A stretch of 64,000 nucleotides of DNA from an uncultured Flavobacteriaceae bacterium. GTDB lineage: Bacteria > Bacteroidota > Bacteroidia > Flavobacteriales > Flavobacteriaceae. Positions 52,531-61,548 of this stretch are shown piece by piece. The stretch is taken from positions 1,660 through 65,659 of the forward strand of contig CAJWPZ010000006.1 of assembly GCA_913045325.1 (NCBI GenBank), written 5' to 3'. A program made the position numbers and the translations under genes. Each line of letters begins with the position of its first letter. The first letter of the stretch is position 1. Under the pieces are notes generated by a model. That model did no database searches. It was given only the letters and a program-made list of their open reading frames with translations, and was not told the DNA's origin.

Positions 52531-53922
52531 GTGGAGAGAGTTTTATATCTAGTATCTACGATGCTTGTGATCACATCATGTGGTTCAGACGACGATACAG
52601 ATATTTTTGTTCCTTTAGAAATACAAACGCAAGAAGATTTTGTGCAAGTATCTACACTACAAACAATTAGCATTGCTATTTTTTCTAACGATACAAATAT
52701 TCCAGCATCTGGACTATTATCTATTACATCGCCTATTAATGGCGAGGTAGTTATAAACAACAGCAACACACCGCAAGACATCAGCGATGATGTTTTAGAA
52801 TATGATCCCGCCTTAAATTTTGTAGGCACAGACACTATGCAATATACTATTTGCCTAGAAGACGGAACCAATTGCAAAACAGAAACAATCTCTATTGTTG
52901 TTTTCCAAGACACAAGCGTGACACTGGATTTGGATGAATTTCCTTACGATACGCTATCTGAGTACAATTTTTTTAATGGTGCTCTAAGTGCAAAACAGCC
53001 AGCATATGGAGTTCTTCCTTACGAGCCTATAAGTTCATTATTTACAGATTATGCCGTTAAGGAGCGGTTTGTTTGGGTGCCTTTGGGAGAAAAAGCAAGC
53101 TTTGACCAAAACAATAAATCGTTAGATTTTCCGACAGGTAGCGCGCTTATAAAAATATTTTATTACAACAATGTACTTCCAGAAAACACAACAAGAATTA
53201 TTGAAACCAGAGTAATGGTAAAAACCCAAAATGGTTGGGATTTTGCTGAATACGTTTGGAATGATGCCCAAACAGAGGCTTTTTTAGAAACCACAGAAGA
53301 TGGTGGTTACACAGAAGTTAATTGGTTGCAAGAGGGACAGCAAAAGTTTGTTAACTACAGAATCCCAGCAAAACAACAATGCGTTATCTGCCATACCAAT
53401 GATTTTGAAACAGTACCCCTTGGCATAAAGCCTCAAAATATTAATTCTTTTCTAACCTATGATGATGGCCCAAGCAATCAATTACAAAAACTAATTGATT
53501 TTGGATACCTTGAAGACGCCCTTCCTGAAAATATCACAACAGTTGTAGACTGGACAGATGCTTCAAAATCTTTAGATCAAAGAGCCAAGTCTTACCTTGA
53601 TATAAACTGTGCCAATTGCCACATAGATGGAGGACAGGGAGATTACAGATCAATACGTCTTGGATATACAAATACCTTAAACAACGATGAAAATGCAGGT
53701 GTTTGTGTTGACGGCGATACTCCGATTCCTGTGGGTGGGGGAACGTTTATTACTAAGCTTATCGCGCCTGAAGATTCAGAAAAATCAATAATATACTATA
53801 GGATGTCTGTCACAGGAGACGAGGCCTATAAAATGCCCCAGTTTGGGCAAAGTCTAGTTCATACAGAAGCCCTAGCGCTTATGGAAGACTGGATAAATTC
53901 TATTAACCAATCTTGTGATTAA
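52531..53922 (+). CDS. Lipoprotein: Ig-like/cadherin-like domain + diheme c-type cytochrome (SO2930/HNE_0200-like family)
   Basis: ITSC lipobox; SND...YDP..NFVGTDTMQYTIC Ig-like domain; YEPISSLFTDYAVKERF; CVICH (residue 284), CANCH (residue 360), KMPQ; GTG start. Confidence 0.8.
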   Translation: MERVLYLVSTMLVITSCGSDDDTDIFVPLEIQTQEDFVQVSTLQTISIAIFSNDTNIPASGLLSITSPINGEVVINNSNTPQDISDDVLEYDPALNFVGTDTMQYTICLEDGTNCKTETISIVVFQDTSVTLDLDEFPYDTLSEYNFFNGALSAKQPAYGVLPYEPISSLFTDYAVKERFVWVPLGEKASFDQNNKSLDFPTGSALIKIFYYNNVLPENTTRIIETRVMVKTQNGWDFAEYVWNDAQTEAFLETTEDGGYTEVNWLQEGQQKFVNYRIPAKQQCVICHTNDFETVPLGIKPQNINSFLTYDDGPSNQLQKLIDFGYLEDALPENITTVVDWTDASKSLDQRAKSYLDINCANCHIDGGQGDYRSIRLGYTNTLNNDENAGVCVDGDTPIPVGGGTFITKLIAPEDSEKSIIYYRMSVTGDEAYKMPQFGQSLVHTEALALMEDWINSINQSCD

Positions 53923-53939
53923 TTAAAACAATTATTATT

Positions 53940-55550
53940 ATGAAAAAATTATTCTTTTTTGCTTGTCTTTTTGCTGTATCACAATACAGTGTTGCTCAAG
54001 TGACTTTTACACCTCAATCTGCAGGTACAAATTACACAGATAGAGGATTTGTAGACATGAATGGAGACGGACTGGACGATATCCTTTCTGTTGATAATTC
54101 TAATATTCAAGTTTTGTATCAACAACAAGATGGGTCTCTTATAGAGACAACGGTTGCCACAGAATTTGCTGACAATTCTCCATCTTGGAGTTTGGCAGCT
54201 GCAGATTATGACCGCAACGGCTACACAGATTTATTGTATGGTGGAGGTAGTGGTGTTACCTTTATGAGAGCAAACAATGATGGGACAGCGTATACTGAAG
54301 TATCTGGTCCTGAATATGTATTCTCGCAACGTTCTAATTTTGTTGACATTAACAATGATGGGCACCTAGACGCCTATGTTTGTCATGATGTTGAGCCAAG
54401 TGTTTTTTATATCAATGACGGACAAGGAAATCTAGAATACTTCCAAGGTGGCCTAGGAGATTACCCCTCTGGAGGTCATTATGGTTCTGTATGGCTAGAC
54501 TTTGACAACGATAGAGATGTAGACATGTTTATGGCAAAATGTGGTGGAGAGTCTGAAAGAAGAGATAACGAAATGCACGTAAACAATGGAGATGGTACTT
54601 TTACAGAAAGTGGCGCTTCTCTAAACCTAGAAGATGACATGCAAACCTGGTCTAGTGCTTGGGCAGATTATGACAATGATGGAGATCTAGACGGATGGAT
54701 AGGAGCTAGTACTTTTAGCAATGGATTTCATAGACTTATGAGAAATAACGGTAATGGTACTTTTACAGATGTAATTGATGCTTCTGGACTTACAGAATTT
54801 AACGTTACAAGTATTGAAAATCAAACCTATGATTTTGACAATGACGGGAATACAGATATTGTATCTGGAGGCGTTATTTTATACGGAAATGGAGATCTTA
54901 CCTTTACCATCTCTAGTACAAATATTGGTAATGGCGGTTTTGGAGATATCAACGAAGATGGATTTGTGGATGCTATTTCAAACGGACAGCTTATTATAAA
55001 CAACACCAATAACAACAATTGGCTAAAAATAAATACCGTTGGTGTAGAAAGTAATGTTGGAGGTATTGGAGCAAGAGTAGAATTAACATCAGCCTCTGGA
55101 ACTCAAATTAGAGAAGTAAGAAGTGGTGAAGGGTTCAGAAACATGAGTACTTTAAACACCCATTTTGGTCTTGGTCAAGACTCAGAGGCAACATCTATTA
55201 CAATTTACTGGCCTTCTGGGATTGTAGATATTTTTGAAGATTTAGACATCAATATGACCCATAAGCTTGTAGAAGGAAATAGCGCACTGAGCACTGGAGA
55301 TTTCTTAACTAGCGATCTTTCTATCTTCCCCGTTCCAGCCCTTGACAACTTAACTGTGTCAAACATTCAAGATATCGAAGACCCTATCTATACTGTTTTT
55401 GACATCACCGGAAGAAAGGTAATGCACGGTAGACTCCTCAACAACAACATTGATGTGTCTCAATTAACTCCTGGGCAGTACATTCTGCGTATATCAGGAC
55501 AAAAATTTAGAAGAAATAACGTAAAAGCAGCCAAGTTCACAAAAAGATAA
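53940..55550 (+). CDS. FG-GAP/CRTAC1-like beta-propeller + ASPIC/UnbV domain + T9SS type A C-terminal sorting domain
   Basis: Signal peptide; about seven DxDxDGxxD repeats; NNWLKI...GARV...HFGLG...WPSG; IFPVP...FDITGR...GQYILRI...KFTKR. Confidence 0.9.
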   Translation: MKKLFFFACLFAVSQYSVAQVTFTPQSAGTNYTDRGFVDMNGDGLDDILSVDNSNIQVLYQQQDGSLIETTVATEFADNSPSWSLAAADYDRNGYTDLLYGGGSGVTFMRANNDGTAYTEVSGPEYVFSQRSNFVDINNDGHLDAYVCHDVEPSVFYINDGQGNLEYFQGGLGDYPSGGHYGSVWLDFDNDRDVDMFMAKCGGESERRDNEMHVNNGDGTFTESGASLNLEDDMQTWSSAWADYDNDGDLDGWIGASTFSNGFHRLMRNNGNGTFTDVIDASGLTEFNVTSIENQTYDFDNDGNTDIVSGGVILYGNGDLTFTISSTNIGNGGFGDINEDGFVDAISNGQLIINNTNNNNWLKINTVGVESNVGGIGARVELTSASGTQIREVRSGEGFRNMSTLNTHFGLGQDSEATSITIYWPSGIVDIFEDLDINMTHKLVEGNSALSTGDFLTSDLSIFPVPALDNLTVSNIQDIEDPIYTVFDITGRKVMHGRLLNNNIDVSQLTPGQYILRISGQKFRRNNVKAAKFTKR

Positions 55551-55565
55551 TTTTTTAATTCTCAT

Positions 55566-55600
55566 AAAACACCATTGAGTGAATTCTCAATGGTGTTTTT
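55566..55600 (+). terminator. 14-bp hairpin with T tract between the FG-GAP gene and the second cytochrome gene
   Basis: AAAACACCATTGAG-TGAATT-CTCAATGGTGTTTTT. Confidence 0.75.
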
Positions 55601-55609
55601 ATTTAAACT

Positions 55610-56704
55610 ATGTTAAAACGGTTCCTTTATTTTGGTCTAATGTGTCTTTTATTAACTAGCTGTTCCAATGAGGATGAGGCCGGATACATTGACATTGAAC
55701 CAGTCTCTCAAGTTACTGTAGATTTACTACAGGTGCCTTACCTAACCCTTTCTGAGTATCATTTTTTTGATGATAGCCTTAATGAGTTATCACCCTCATA
55801 TGGAGTGCTCCCCTATGAGCCTATTAGTTCTTTGTTTTCAAACTACGCAAAAAAATCCCGTTTTGTTTGGCTTCCCAGCGGTACTATAGGCACCTACAAT
55901 GGGGATGCTAATAACATAGAGCTACCCGTAGGTAGTGTTATTATTAAAAACTTCTATTACGATAATGTGCTGCCTGATAACACGCGGGTGATTATTGAAA
56001 CAAGGCTCATGATTCGAAAAGAAGAAGGTTGGACTTTTGCAGAATATTTCTGGAATGAGCAGCAAACAGAAGCTTTCCTAGATACACAAGGAGATGGAGG
56101 GTTTAGGTATGTCTCTTGGATGCAAGATGGACAGCAGCGTGAAATAAACTACAGAATGCCCTCTGGCAGTGAATGCTTTACCTGCCACAAAAGCAATACA
56201 ACAAATGAGCCCATTGGTATAAAGCCTCAAAGCCTTAATGGTACTTTTACTTTTGCAGATGGTATACAAAACCAACTCCAAAAATGGATTGAGGTTGGTT
56301 ATCTTGAAGACAACTTACCCACAAATATTAATACCGTTGTGGATTATACAGACACCTCACAAGATCTTGAAACTAGAGTGCGCTCTTATGTAGATATTAA
56401 TTGTGCCAGCTGCCATAGAGATGAGGGGCATTGTAATTACAGACCCATGAGGTTTGCCTTTTCTGAAAATAATCTTTTAGAAAACCTAGGGCTTTGTGTA
56501 ACGCCAGACCAACTTTTAGAAAATCTTTCTTCAGACCAAAAACTAATTAAACCAGGAGACCCAGAAAACTCGGTTATTTACTACCGTCTCAACGTTACTG
56601 CAGAGGAGGAGCGCATGCCACTGCTTGGCAGAAGCATCGTTCATGGTGATGGAGTGGCTTTGCTAAGAGACTGGATTAACTCTCTAGAGACTCCCTGTGA
56701 CTAA
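55610..56704 (+). CDS. Lipoprotein diheme c-type cytochrome (SO2930/HNE_0200-like), paralog of 52531..53922 without the Ig domain
   Basis: LTSC lipobox; YEPISSLFSNYAKKSRF; CFTCH (residue 189), CASCH (residue 265), RMPL. Confidence 0.82.
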   Translation: MLKRFLYFGLMCLLLTSCSNEDEAGYIDIEPVSQVTVDLLQVPYLTLSEYHFFDDSLNELSPSYGVLPYEPISSLFSNYAKKSRFVWLPSGTIGTYNGDANNIELPVGSVIIKNFYYDNVLPDNTRVIIETRLMIRKEEGWTFAEYFWNEQQTEAFLDTQGDGGFRYVSWMQDGQQREINYRMPSGSECFTCHKSNTTNEPIGIKPQSLNGTFTFADGIQNQLQKWIEVGYLEDNLPTNINTVVDYTDTSQDLETRVRSYVDINCASCHRDEGHCNYRPMRFAFSENNLLENLGLCVTPDQLLENLSSDQKLIKPGDPENSVIYYRLNVTAEEERMPLLGRSIVHGDGVALLRDWINSLETPCD

Positions 56705-56806
56705 GGCTTTTTAAATAGTACAAACACCCCTTTTGCAAGTGCTTGGAGATGAGGTATTTATTTTTTGTTATCTTTAAGTAACAATAACGCTAAACCAATC
56801 GCCATT

Positions 56807-57181
56807 ATGAATTCAACCTTTACCACTATTCTACGCATGTTACTGGGTACTTCTTTACTAATATTTGGTATAAATAAGTTCTTTGCATTCATCCCAATTT
56901 TTGACATGGCACCAGCGGCAGCAAACTTTATGGAATCTTTAAACAGCACAGGTTATGTGTTATATGTTGTTGCCTGTTTGGAGCTACTTATCGGAGGGCT
57001 ACTACTGTTTAAAAAATGGGTTCCGTTTGCACTTATTTTACTGGCCCCTATTGTTGTTAATATTCTATTGTTTCATCTTTTTTTAGACGTTTCTGGGGCA
57101 GCGGTTGCTGTCTTTATGTTGGCAATTACCGGAGTGCTTATATATAAATACTGGAAATCTTACACTTCTTTGTTTCAATAA
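56807..57181 (+). CDS. DoxX family membrane protein
   Basis: LRMLLG...FGINKF, LELLIGGLLL and NILLFH; about four TMs. TATCTTTA at 56769-56776 supports the ATG at 56807. Confidence 0.82.
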   Translation: MNSTFTTILRMLLGTSLLIFGINKFFAFIPIFDMAPAAANFMESLNSTGYVLYVVACLELLIGGLLLFKKWVPFALILLAPIVVNILLFHLFLDVSGAAVAVFMLAITGVLIYKYWKSYTSLFQ

Positions 57182-57203
57182 CAAACACTCATTAAAATAC
57201 AAG

Positions 57204-57239
57204 CAGGCCCTTTTTAACTTGATTAGGGCCTGTTTTTTT
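57204..57239 (+). terminator. Intrinsic terminator after DoxX
   Basis: CAGGCCCT...AGGGCCTG followed by T7. Confidence 0.75.
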
Positions 57240-57264
57240 GTGTATTTTTATAAAAAATAAACTC

Positions 57265-59433
57265 ATGAATAAATTAATGCTCCCAATTATTACAGCCCTG
57301 GTTCTTGTAGGATGTAACAATAGCAATATTTCAATAAACCAAACCAATTCCGTGACCTACCCTAACACCAAAAAAGTTGACACTGTTACTAATTATTTTG
57401 GAACACAGGTGAAAGATCCTTACAGATGGCTAGAGGATGATATGAGTCAACAAACAGCTCAGTGGGTTGAAAAACAAAACAAAACCACCTTTGATTATTT
57501 AGACAATATTCCATTTAGAGAAGCGCTAAAACAGCGCCTAACAAAACTCTGGAATTACGAGAAGGTAGGCGCTCCTTTTAAAGAAGGAGAATACTCTTAC
57601 TTTTATAAAAATGATGGGCTGCAAAACCAGTATGTAATTTACCGTTACAAAACTGGGCAAGACCCACAAAGCGCAGAAGTTTTTTTAGACCCTAACACAT
57701 TCACTGAAGACGGAACCATTTCTCTAGGAGGGCTCAGTTTTAGCGAAAACGGATCATTGGCAGCCTATAGCATAAGTGAGGGAGGAAGTGACTGGAGAAA
57801 AGTGTTAGTGATGAATACCCAAACTAGACAAATCATAGAAGACACCATTGTAGATGTTAAATTTAGCGGCATTTCCTGGTTAAAAAATGATGGTTTTTAT
57901 TATTCTAGTTATGACAAACCAAAAGGGAGTGAGCTTTCTGCCAAGACAGATCAACACAAGCTTTATTACCACAAACTTGGAAGTTCTCAAAAAGAAGATA
58001 GGCTTATCTTTGGGGGTACACCAAAGCAAAAGCATCGCTATGTTGGGGGTCGTACCACAGAAGATAATAGGTATCTAATTGTTTCTGCTAGTGTTTCAAC
58101 CTCAGGAAACAAACTCTTTATCAAAGATCTTAGCGACCCGAAAAGCCCCTTTGTTACCATACAAAAAGACACAGATAGTGATACCTCTGTTATAGAAAAT
58201 GTGGGCAGCACGCTTTATCTTGTTACAAACAGAAATGCTCCAAACAAAAAAGTAGTTACTGTAGATGCCTCGAGTCCAGGACCAGAAAACTGGAAAGATC
58301 TTATTGAGCAAACTCAAAATGTTTTAAGAGCCAGTACAGGTGGTGGGTATATTTTTGCAAATTACATGGAAGATGCCGTGAGCGCCATTAAACAGTACAC
58401 CTATCAAGGAGCTCTAGTAAGAGAGATTGCCTTGCCAGGGGTTGGCTCTGCGGGTGGCTTTGGCGCCAAAAAGCAGGAGACTAATCTGTATTATTCTTTT
58501 ACAAATTACCTCACTCCAGGTAGTATTTATTCTTTTGACATTGCAACTGGAGTCTCTAAGTTATACAAAAAACCAAACATTGATTTTAACTCCCAGGAGT
58601 ATCAAAGCAAACAAATATTCTACACCTCAAAAGACGGCACGCAGGTCCCTATGATTATTACCCACAAAAAAGGGATGGTGTTGGATGGCACAAACCCCAC
58701 AATTTTATATGGCTATGGTGGGTTTAATATTAGCTTAACTCCAAGTTTTAGCATCACAAATGCCGTATGGATGGAGCAAGGTGGTGTTTATGCTGTTGCT
58801 AATCTAAGAGGTGGCGGAGAGTATGGTAAAAAATGGCATGATGCAGGAACTAAACTACAAAAGCAAAATGTTTTTGACGACTTTATAGGCGCCGCAGAAT
58901 ATCTAATTTCTGAAAAATACACCTCCAGTGACTACCTAGCCATTAGAGGAGGATCTAATGGAGGGCTTTTAGTGGGCGCTACTATGACCCAACGACCAGA
59001 GTTAATAAAAGTAGCACTTCCTGCCGTTGGTGTTTTAGATATGTTGCGGTATCATACCTTTACAGCTGGAGCTGGTTGGGCCTATGATTATGGGACCTCA
59101 CAAGACAGCAAAGAAATGTTTGAATACCTAAAGGCATACTCCCCCGTACATAATGTAACCCCTGGCACAAAGTACCCTGCAACAATGGTTACCACGGGAG
59201 ATCATGACGATAGAGTGGTGCCTGCACATAGTTTTAAATTTGCAGCACAATTGCAAGAAAAACAAGGTGGAAAGGCCCCTGTTTTGATTAGAATTGAAAC
59301 AGATGCTGGGCATGGTGCCGGAACTCCTGTGAGCAAAACCATAGCGCAATATGCAGACATATATGGCTTCACTTTATATAACATGGGCTACAAAGTATTA
59401 CCAAATCAAATTAATGACGGCGTAAAACAATAA
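57265..59433 (+). CDS. Prolyl oligopeptidase (S9A), lipoprotein
   Basis: LVGC lipobox, DPYRWLE, GGSNGG, DDRV and AGHG catalytic triad. Start moved past the terminator to the ATG at 57265. Confidence 0.95.
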   Translation: MNKLMLPIITALVLVGCNNSNISINQTNSVTYPNTKKVDTVTNYFGTQVKDPYRWLEDDMSQQTAQWVEKQNKTTFDYLDNIPFREALKQRLTKLWNYEKVGAPFKEGEYSYFYKNDGLQNQYVIYRYKTGQDPQSAEVFLDPNTFTEDGTISLGGLSFSENGSLAAYSISEGGSDWRKVLVMNTQTRQIIEDTIVDVKFSGISWLKNDGFYYSSYDKPKGSELSAKTDQHKLYYHKLGSSQKEDRLIFGGTPKQKHRYVGGRTTEDNRYLIVSASVSTSGNKLFIKDLSDPKSPFVTIQKDTDSDTSVIENVGSTLYLVTNRNAPNKKVVTVDASSPGPENWKDLIEQTQNVLRASTGGGYIFANYMEDAVSAIKQYTYQGALVREIALPGVGSAGGFGAKKQETNLYYSFTNYLTPGSIYSFDIATGVSKLYKKPNIDFNSQEYQSKQIFYTSKDGTQVPMIITHKKGMVLDGTNPTILYGYGGFNISLTPSFSITNAVWMEQGGVYAVANLRGGGEYGKKWHDAGTKLQKQNVFDDFIGAAEYLISEKYTSSDYLAIRGGSNGGLLVGATMTQRPELIKVALPAVGVLDMLRYHTFTAGAGWAYDYGTSQDSKEMFEYLKAYSPVHNVTPGTKYPATMVTTGDHDDRVVPAHSFKFAAQLQEKQGGKAPVLIRIETDAGHGAGTPVSKTIAQYADIYGFTLYNMGYKVLPNQINDGVKQ

Positions 59434-59512
59434 CCTATTTAAACATCATTTAGGCTATATATCACTAGTAAAACACTCTTGGGATATATAGCTTTTTACC
59501 ATACTATTTTTT

Positions 59513-60466
59513 ATGTTAGACGTAACTATTAAAGAGTTTTCATACCCAAATATTCCTGAAGTTTTAATACTACAAGATATTGTGTTTTCCTTAAAAGAAG
59601 GAGAACACTTAGTGGTTTTGGGAGAGAGTGGCTGCGGAAAATCTACCTTACTGCACTTAATATATGGGCTGCTACATCTAGAAAATGGGCTGTTGTTTTG
59701 GAAAGAAAAGCAGCTATTAGGGCCCCAACACAATCTAGTGCCAGGTGAGCTTGCTATGAAATTAGTAGCGCAAGAGTTTAATGTTATGCCATATATTTCT
59801 GTTGCAGAAAATATAGCCACACACTTAAAGCGAAATAACAAAGACCAAGATGCTGCCCGTGTAGATGAGCTTCTTGAGGTTGTGGAGCTACAAGACCATA
59901 AAAGCACAAAGGTAAAAAACCTCAGCGGTGGTCAAAAGCAGCGAGTTGCACTGGCAAAAGCCCTTGCAAATACCCCAGAGGTGATTCTTTTAGACGAGCC
60001 GTTTAGTAATATAGATACCTTCCGGAAAAACAAATTACGCCGTAATTTATACGGCTATTTAAGAGACAATAATATTACCTGTATTACCGCCACCCATGAT
60101 AGTGATCAGGCGCTGGGTTTTGCAGACACCATCCTTATGCTACAAGATGGTAAAAAAGAAATGATAGGGAGCCCACAAGAAATTATTTCAAATCTTAAAA
60201 CACCTTACCAAGCTGGTTTTTTTGGTTCTGGATCTGTAATTGACACTCGTGTTTTTAAAGGGGTTAAAAAAGGAGCGTTGCGCACTGTGTTGCCTCATGA
60301 GTTAAAAATCTCAAAAACACCCACAGCTGTTTTTGGTGTGGTTTTAAAACAATACTTTAAAGGGCATTACTACGAGGTGCAGGTGGAAACGCCAAAGGGT
60401 GTTTTGTTTTTAAACCATCCTGTATTACTAGAAGAAAAAACAAAGGTGTATATAGATTTGGTATAA
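59513..60466 (+). CDS. ABC transporter ATP-binding protein (FbpC/PotA-like)
   Basis: GESGCGKS, LSGGQKQR, LLDEP and THD. Confidence 0.92.
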   Translation: MLDVTIKEFSYPNIPEVLILQDIVFSLKEGEHLVVLGESGCGKSTLLHLIYGLLHLENGLLFWKEKQLLGPQHNLVPGELAMKLVAQEFNVMPYISVAENIATHLKRNNKDQDAARVDELLEVVELQDHKSTKVKNLSGGQKQRVALAKALANTPEVILLDEPFSNIDTFRKNKLRRNLYGYLRDNNITCITATHDSDQALGFADTILMLQDGKKEMIGSPQEIISNLKTPYQAGFFGSGSVIDTRVFKGVKKGALRTVLPHELKISKTPTAVFGVVLKQYFKGHYYEVQVETPKGVLFLNHPVLLEEKTKVYIDLV

Positions 60467-60493
60467 ACCCTAGAGATTGATCACTCCTTGTTT

Positions 60494-61072
60494 TTAAAAC
60501 AAGCCCCACAAAATTTTTAATGCAAAAATTATTATCAGTGCAGAGCTTGCTATGATAATATGATCGTGCTTTAGTTTTTTAAAACAGTAAAGTGCCGCCT
60601 CAATAGTAGCCAGAAATACACCCACAATTAGCAATTGACCAAACTCGATACCTACATTAAAACCTACCAAAGAAGCAAGCAAATTATCATCTTCAAAAAA
60701 GGCCATTTTCAGAAAATTTGAAAATGCTAAACCGTGTATACACCCAAAAAACAGTACCATGGCGTATAATAGTTGGTAATTAATTTGAGTGGGTTTATAC
60801 ACTTTAAAAAAGTTGTTTACACAGGTTATAATTATTGTAAGGGGTATCAGCTGCTCTATAATATCACGCTTCAAGGTAATAACATCATAGACAGAAAGCA
60901 CTAGAGTAATGCTATGGCCTATGGTAAAGGCTGTTATAAGCAGCGCTAATTTTTTCCAATGGGAGCGGTTAAAAAAAACAGTAATAGCTAAAATAAAAAG
61001 CATATGATCAATGCCGTCTATATCTAAAATATGCGATAACCCTTGTTTAAAAAAAAGTACAAATGTCTCCAT
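60494..61072 (-). CDS. HupE/UreJ family membrane protein
   Basis: GLSHI...DHMLF, AFTIGHSITL, HGLAF and FNVGIE. Confidence 0.9.
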   Translation of the reverse strand: METFVLFFKQGLSHILDIDGIDHMLFILAITVFFNRSHWKKLALLITAFTIGHSITLVLSVYDVITLKRDIIEQLIPLTIIITCVNNFFKVYKPTQINYQLLYAMVLFFGCIHGLAFSNFLKMAFFEDDNLLASLVGFNVGIEFGQLLIVGVFLATIEAALYCFKKLKHDHIIIASSALIIIFALKILWGLF

Positions 61073-61530
61073 TACTCAATTGCTTTAATTTGATAGGTAG
61101 CCTCCCTAAAACAAAAGCTGTCACCAACTTGCTTTCCAAATAATAGTTTACCTATTGGGGTTTGGAGTCCAATACAATAGTAAGGAGTGTTTTGATGGGT
61201 CACAACACCCAGGGAGATACTTAAAAAAAACAGCCCATTATTGGTTGTTACCAAACTTCCTAAATGAGCATGGGGTGCTTTTTTTGTAAAATTAATTTTG
61301 TGGAGTACTTCAAGGGTTTTTTCAATTTCCGCCAATCGCTCACCGGCCTGTTCTCTGTCGAGTTGCAACATAGCCCTGGCGGTCTGGTGCTTATCTCCAG
61401 CACTGCTTTTTGTTGCATCGTCTAAAGAGGAAACAATGCCCTTAATTTTATCTTGAACAATGGTGTACTTCTGCATTATTTGCTGTTCACAAGATAAGAG
61501 TAAGTGTTCTTTAATTTTTTTTGAGCTCAT
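61072..61530 (-). CDS. GreA/GreB-like protein (Bacteroidota family)
   Basis: Coiled coil with TKSSAGDKH tip; LGSLV...TPIGKLL.GK.VGD Gre C-terminal domain. Confidence 0.7.
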   Translation of the reverse strand: MSSKKIKEHLLLSCEQQIMQKYTIVQDKIKGIVSSLDDATKSSAGDKHQTARAMLQLDREQAGERLAEIEKTLEVLHKINFTKKAPHAHLGSLVTTNNGLFFLSISLGVVTHQNTPYYCIGLQTPIGKLLFGKQVGDSFCFREATYQIKAIE

Positions 61531-61548
61531 TTGTATTAATTTAAACAG

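Noticed and set aside
54050-54975. Recurrent GA(T/C)...GACAA(T/C)GA(T/C)GG DNA motifs that resemble a repeat array
   Set aside because: They are the coding DxDxDG loops of FG-GAP repeats: degenerate, in frame, and not CRISPR-like. No cas genes are present.
52352-57240. The cytochrome cassette as a mobile element or island
   Set aside because: I saw no integrase, transposase, tRNA target or flanking direct repeats.
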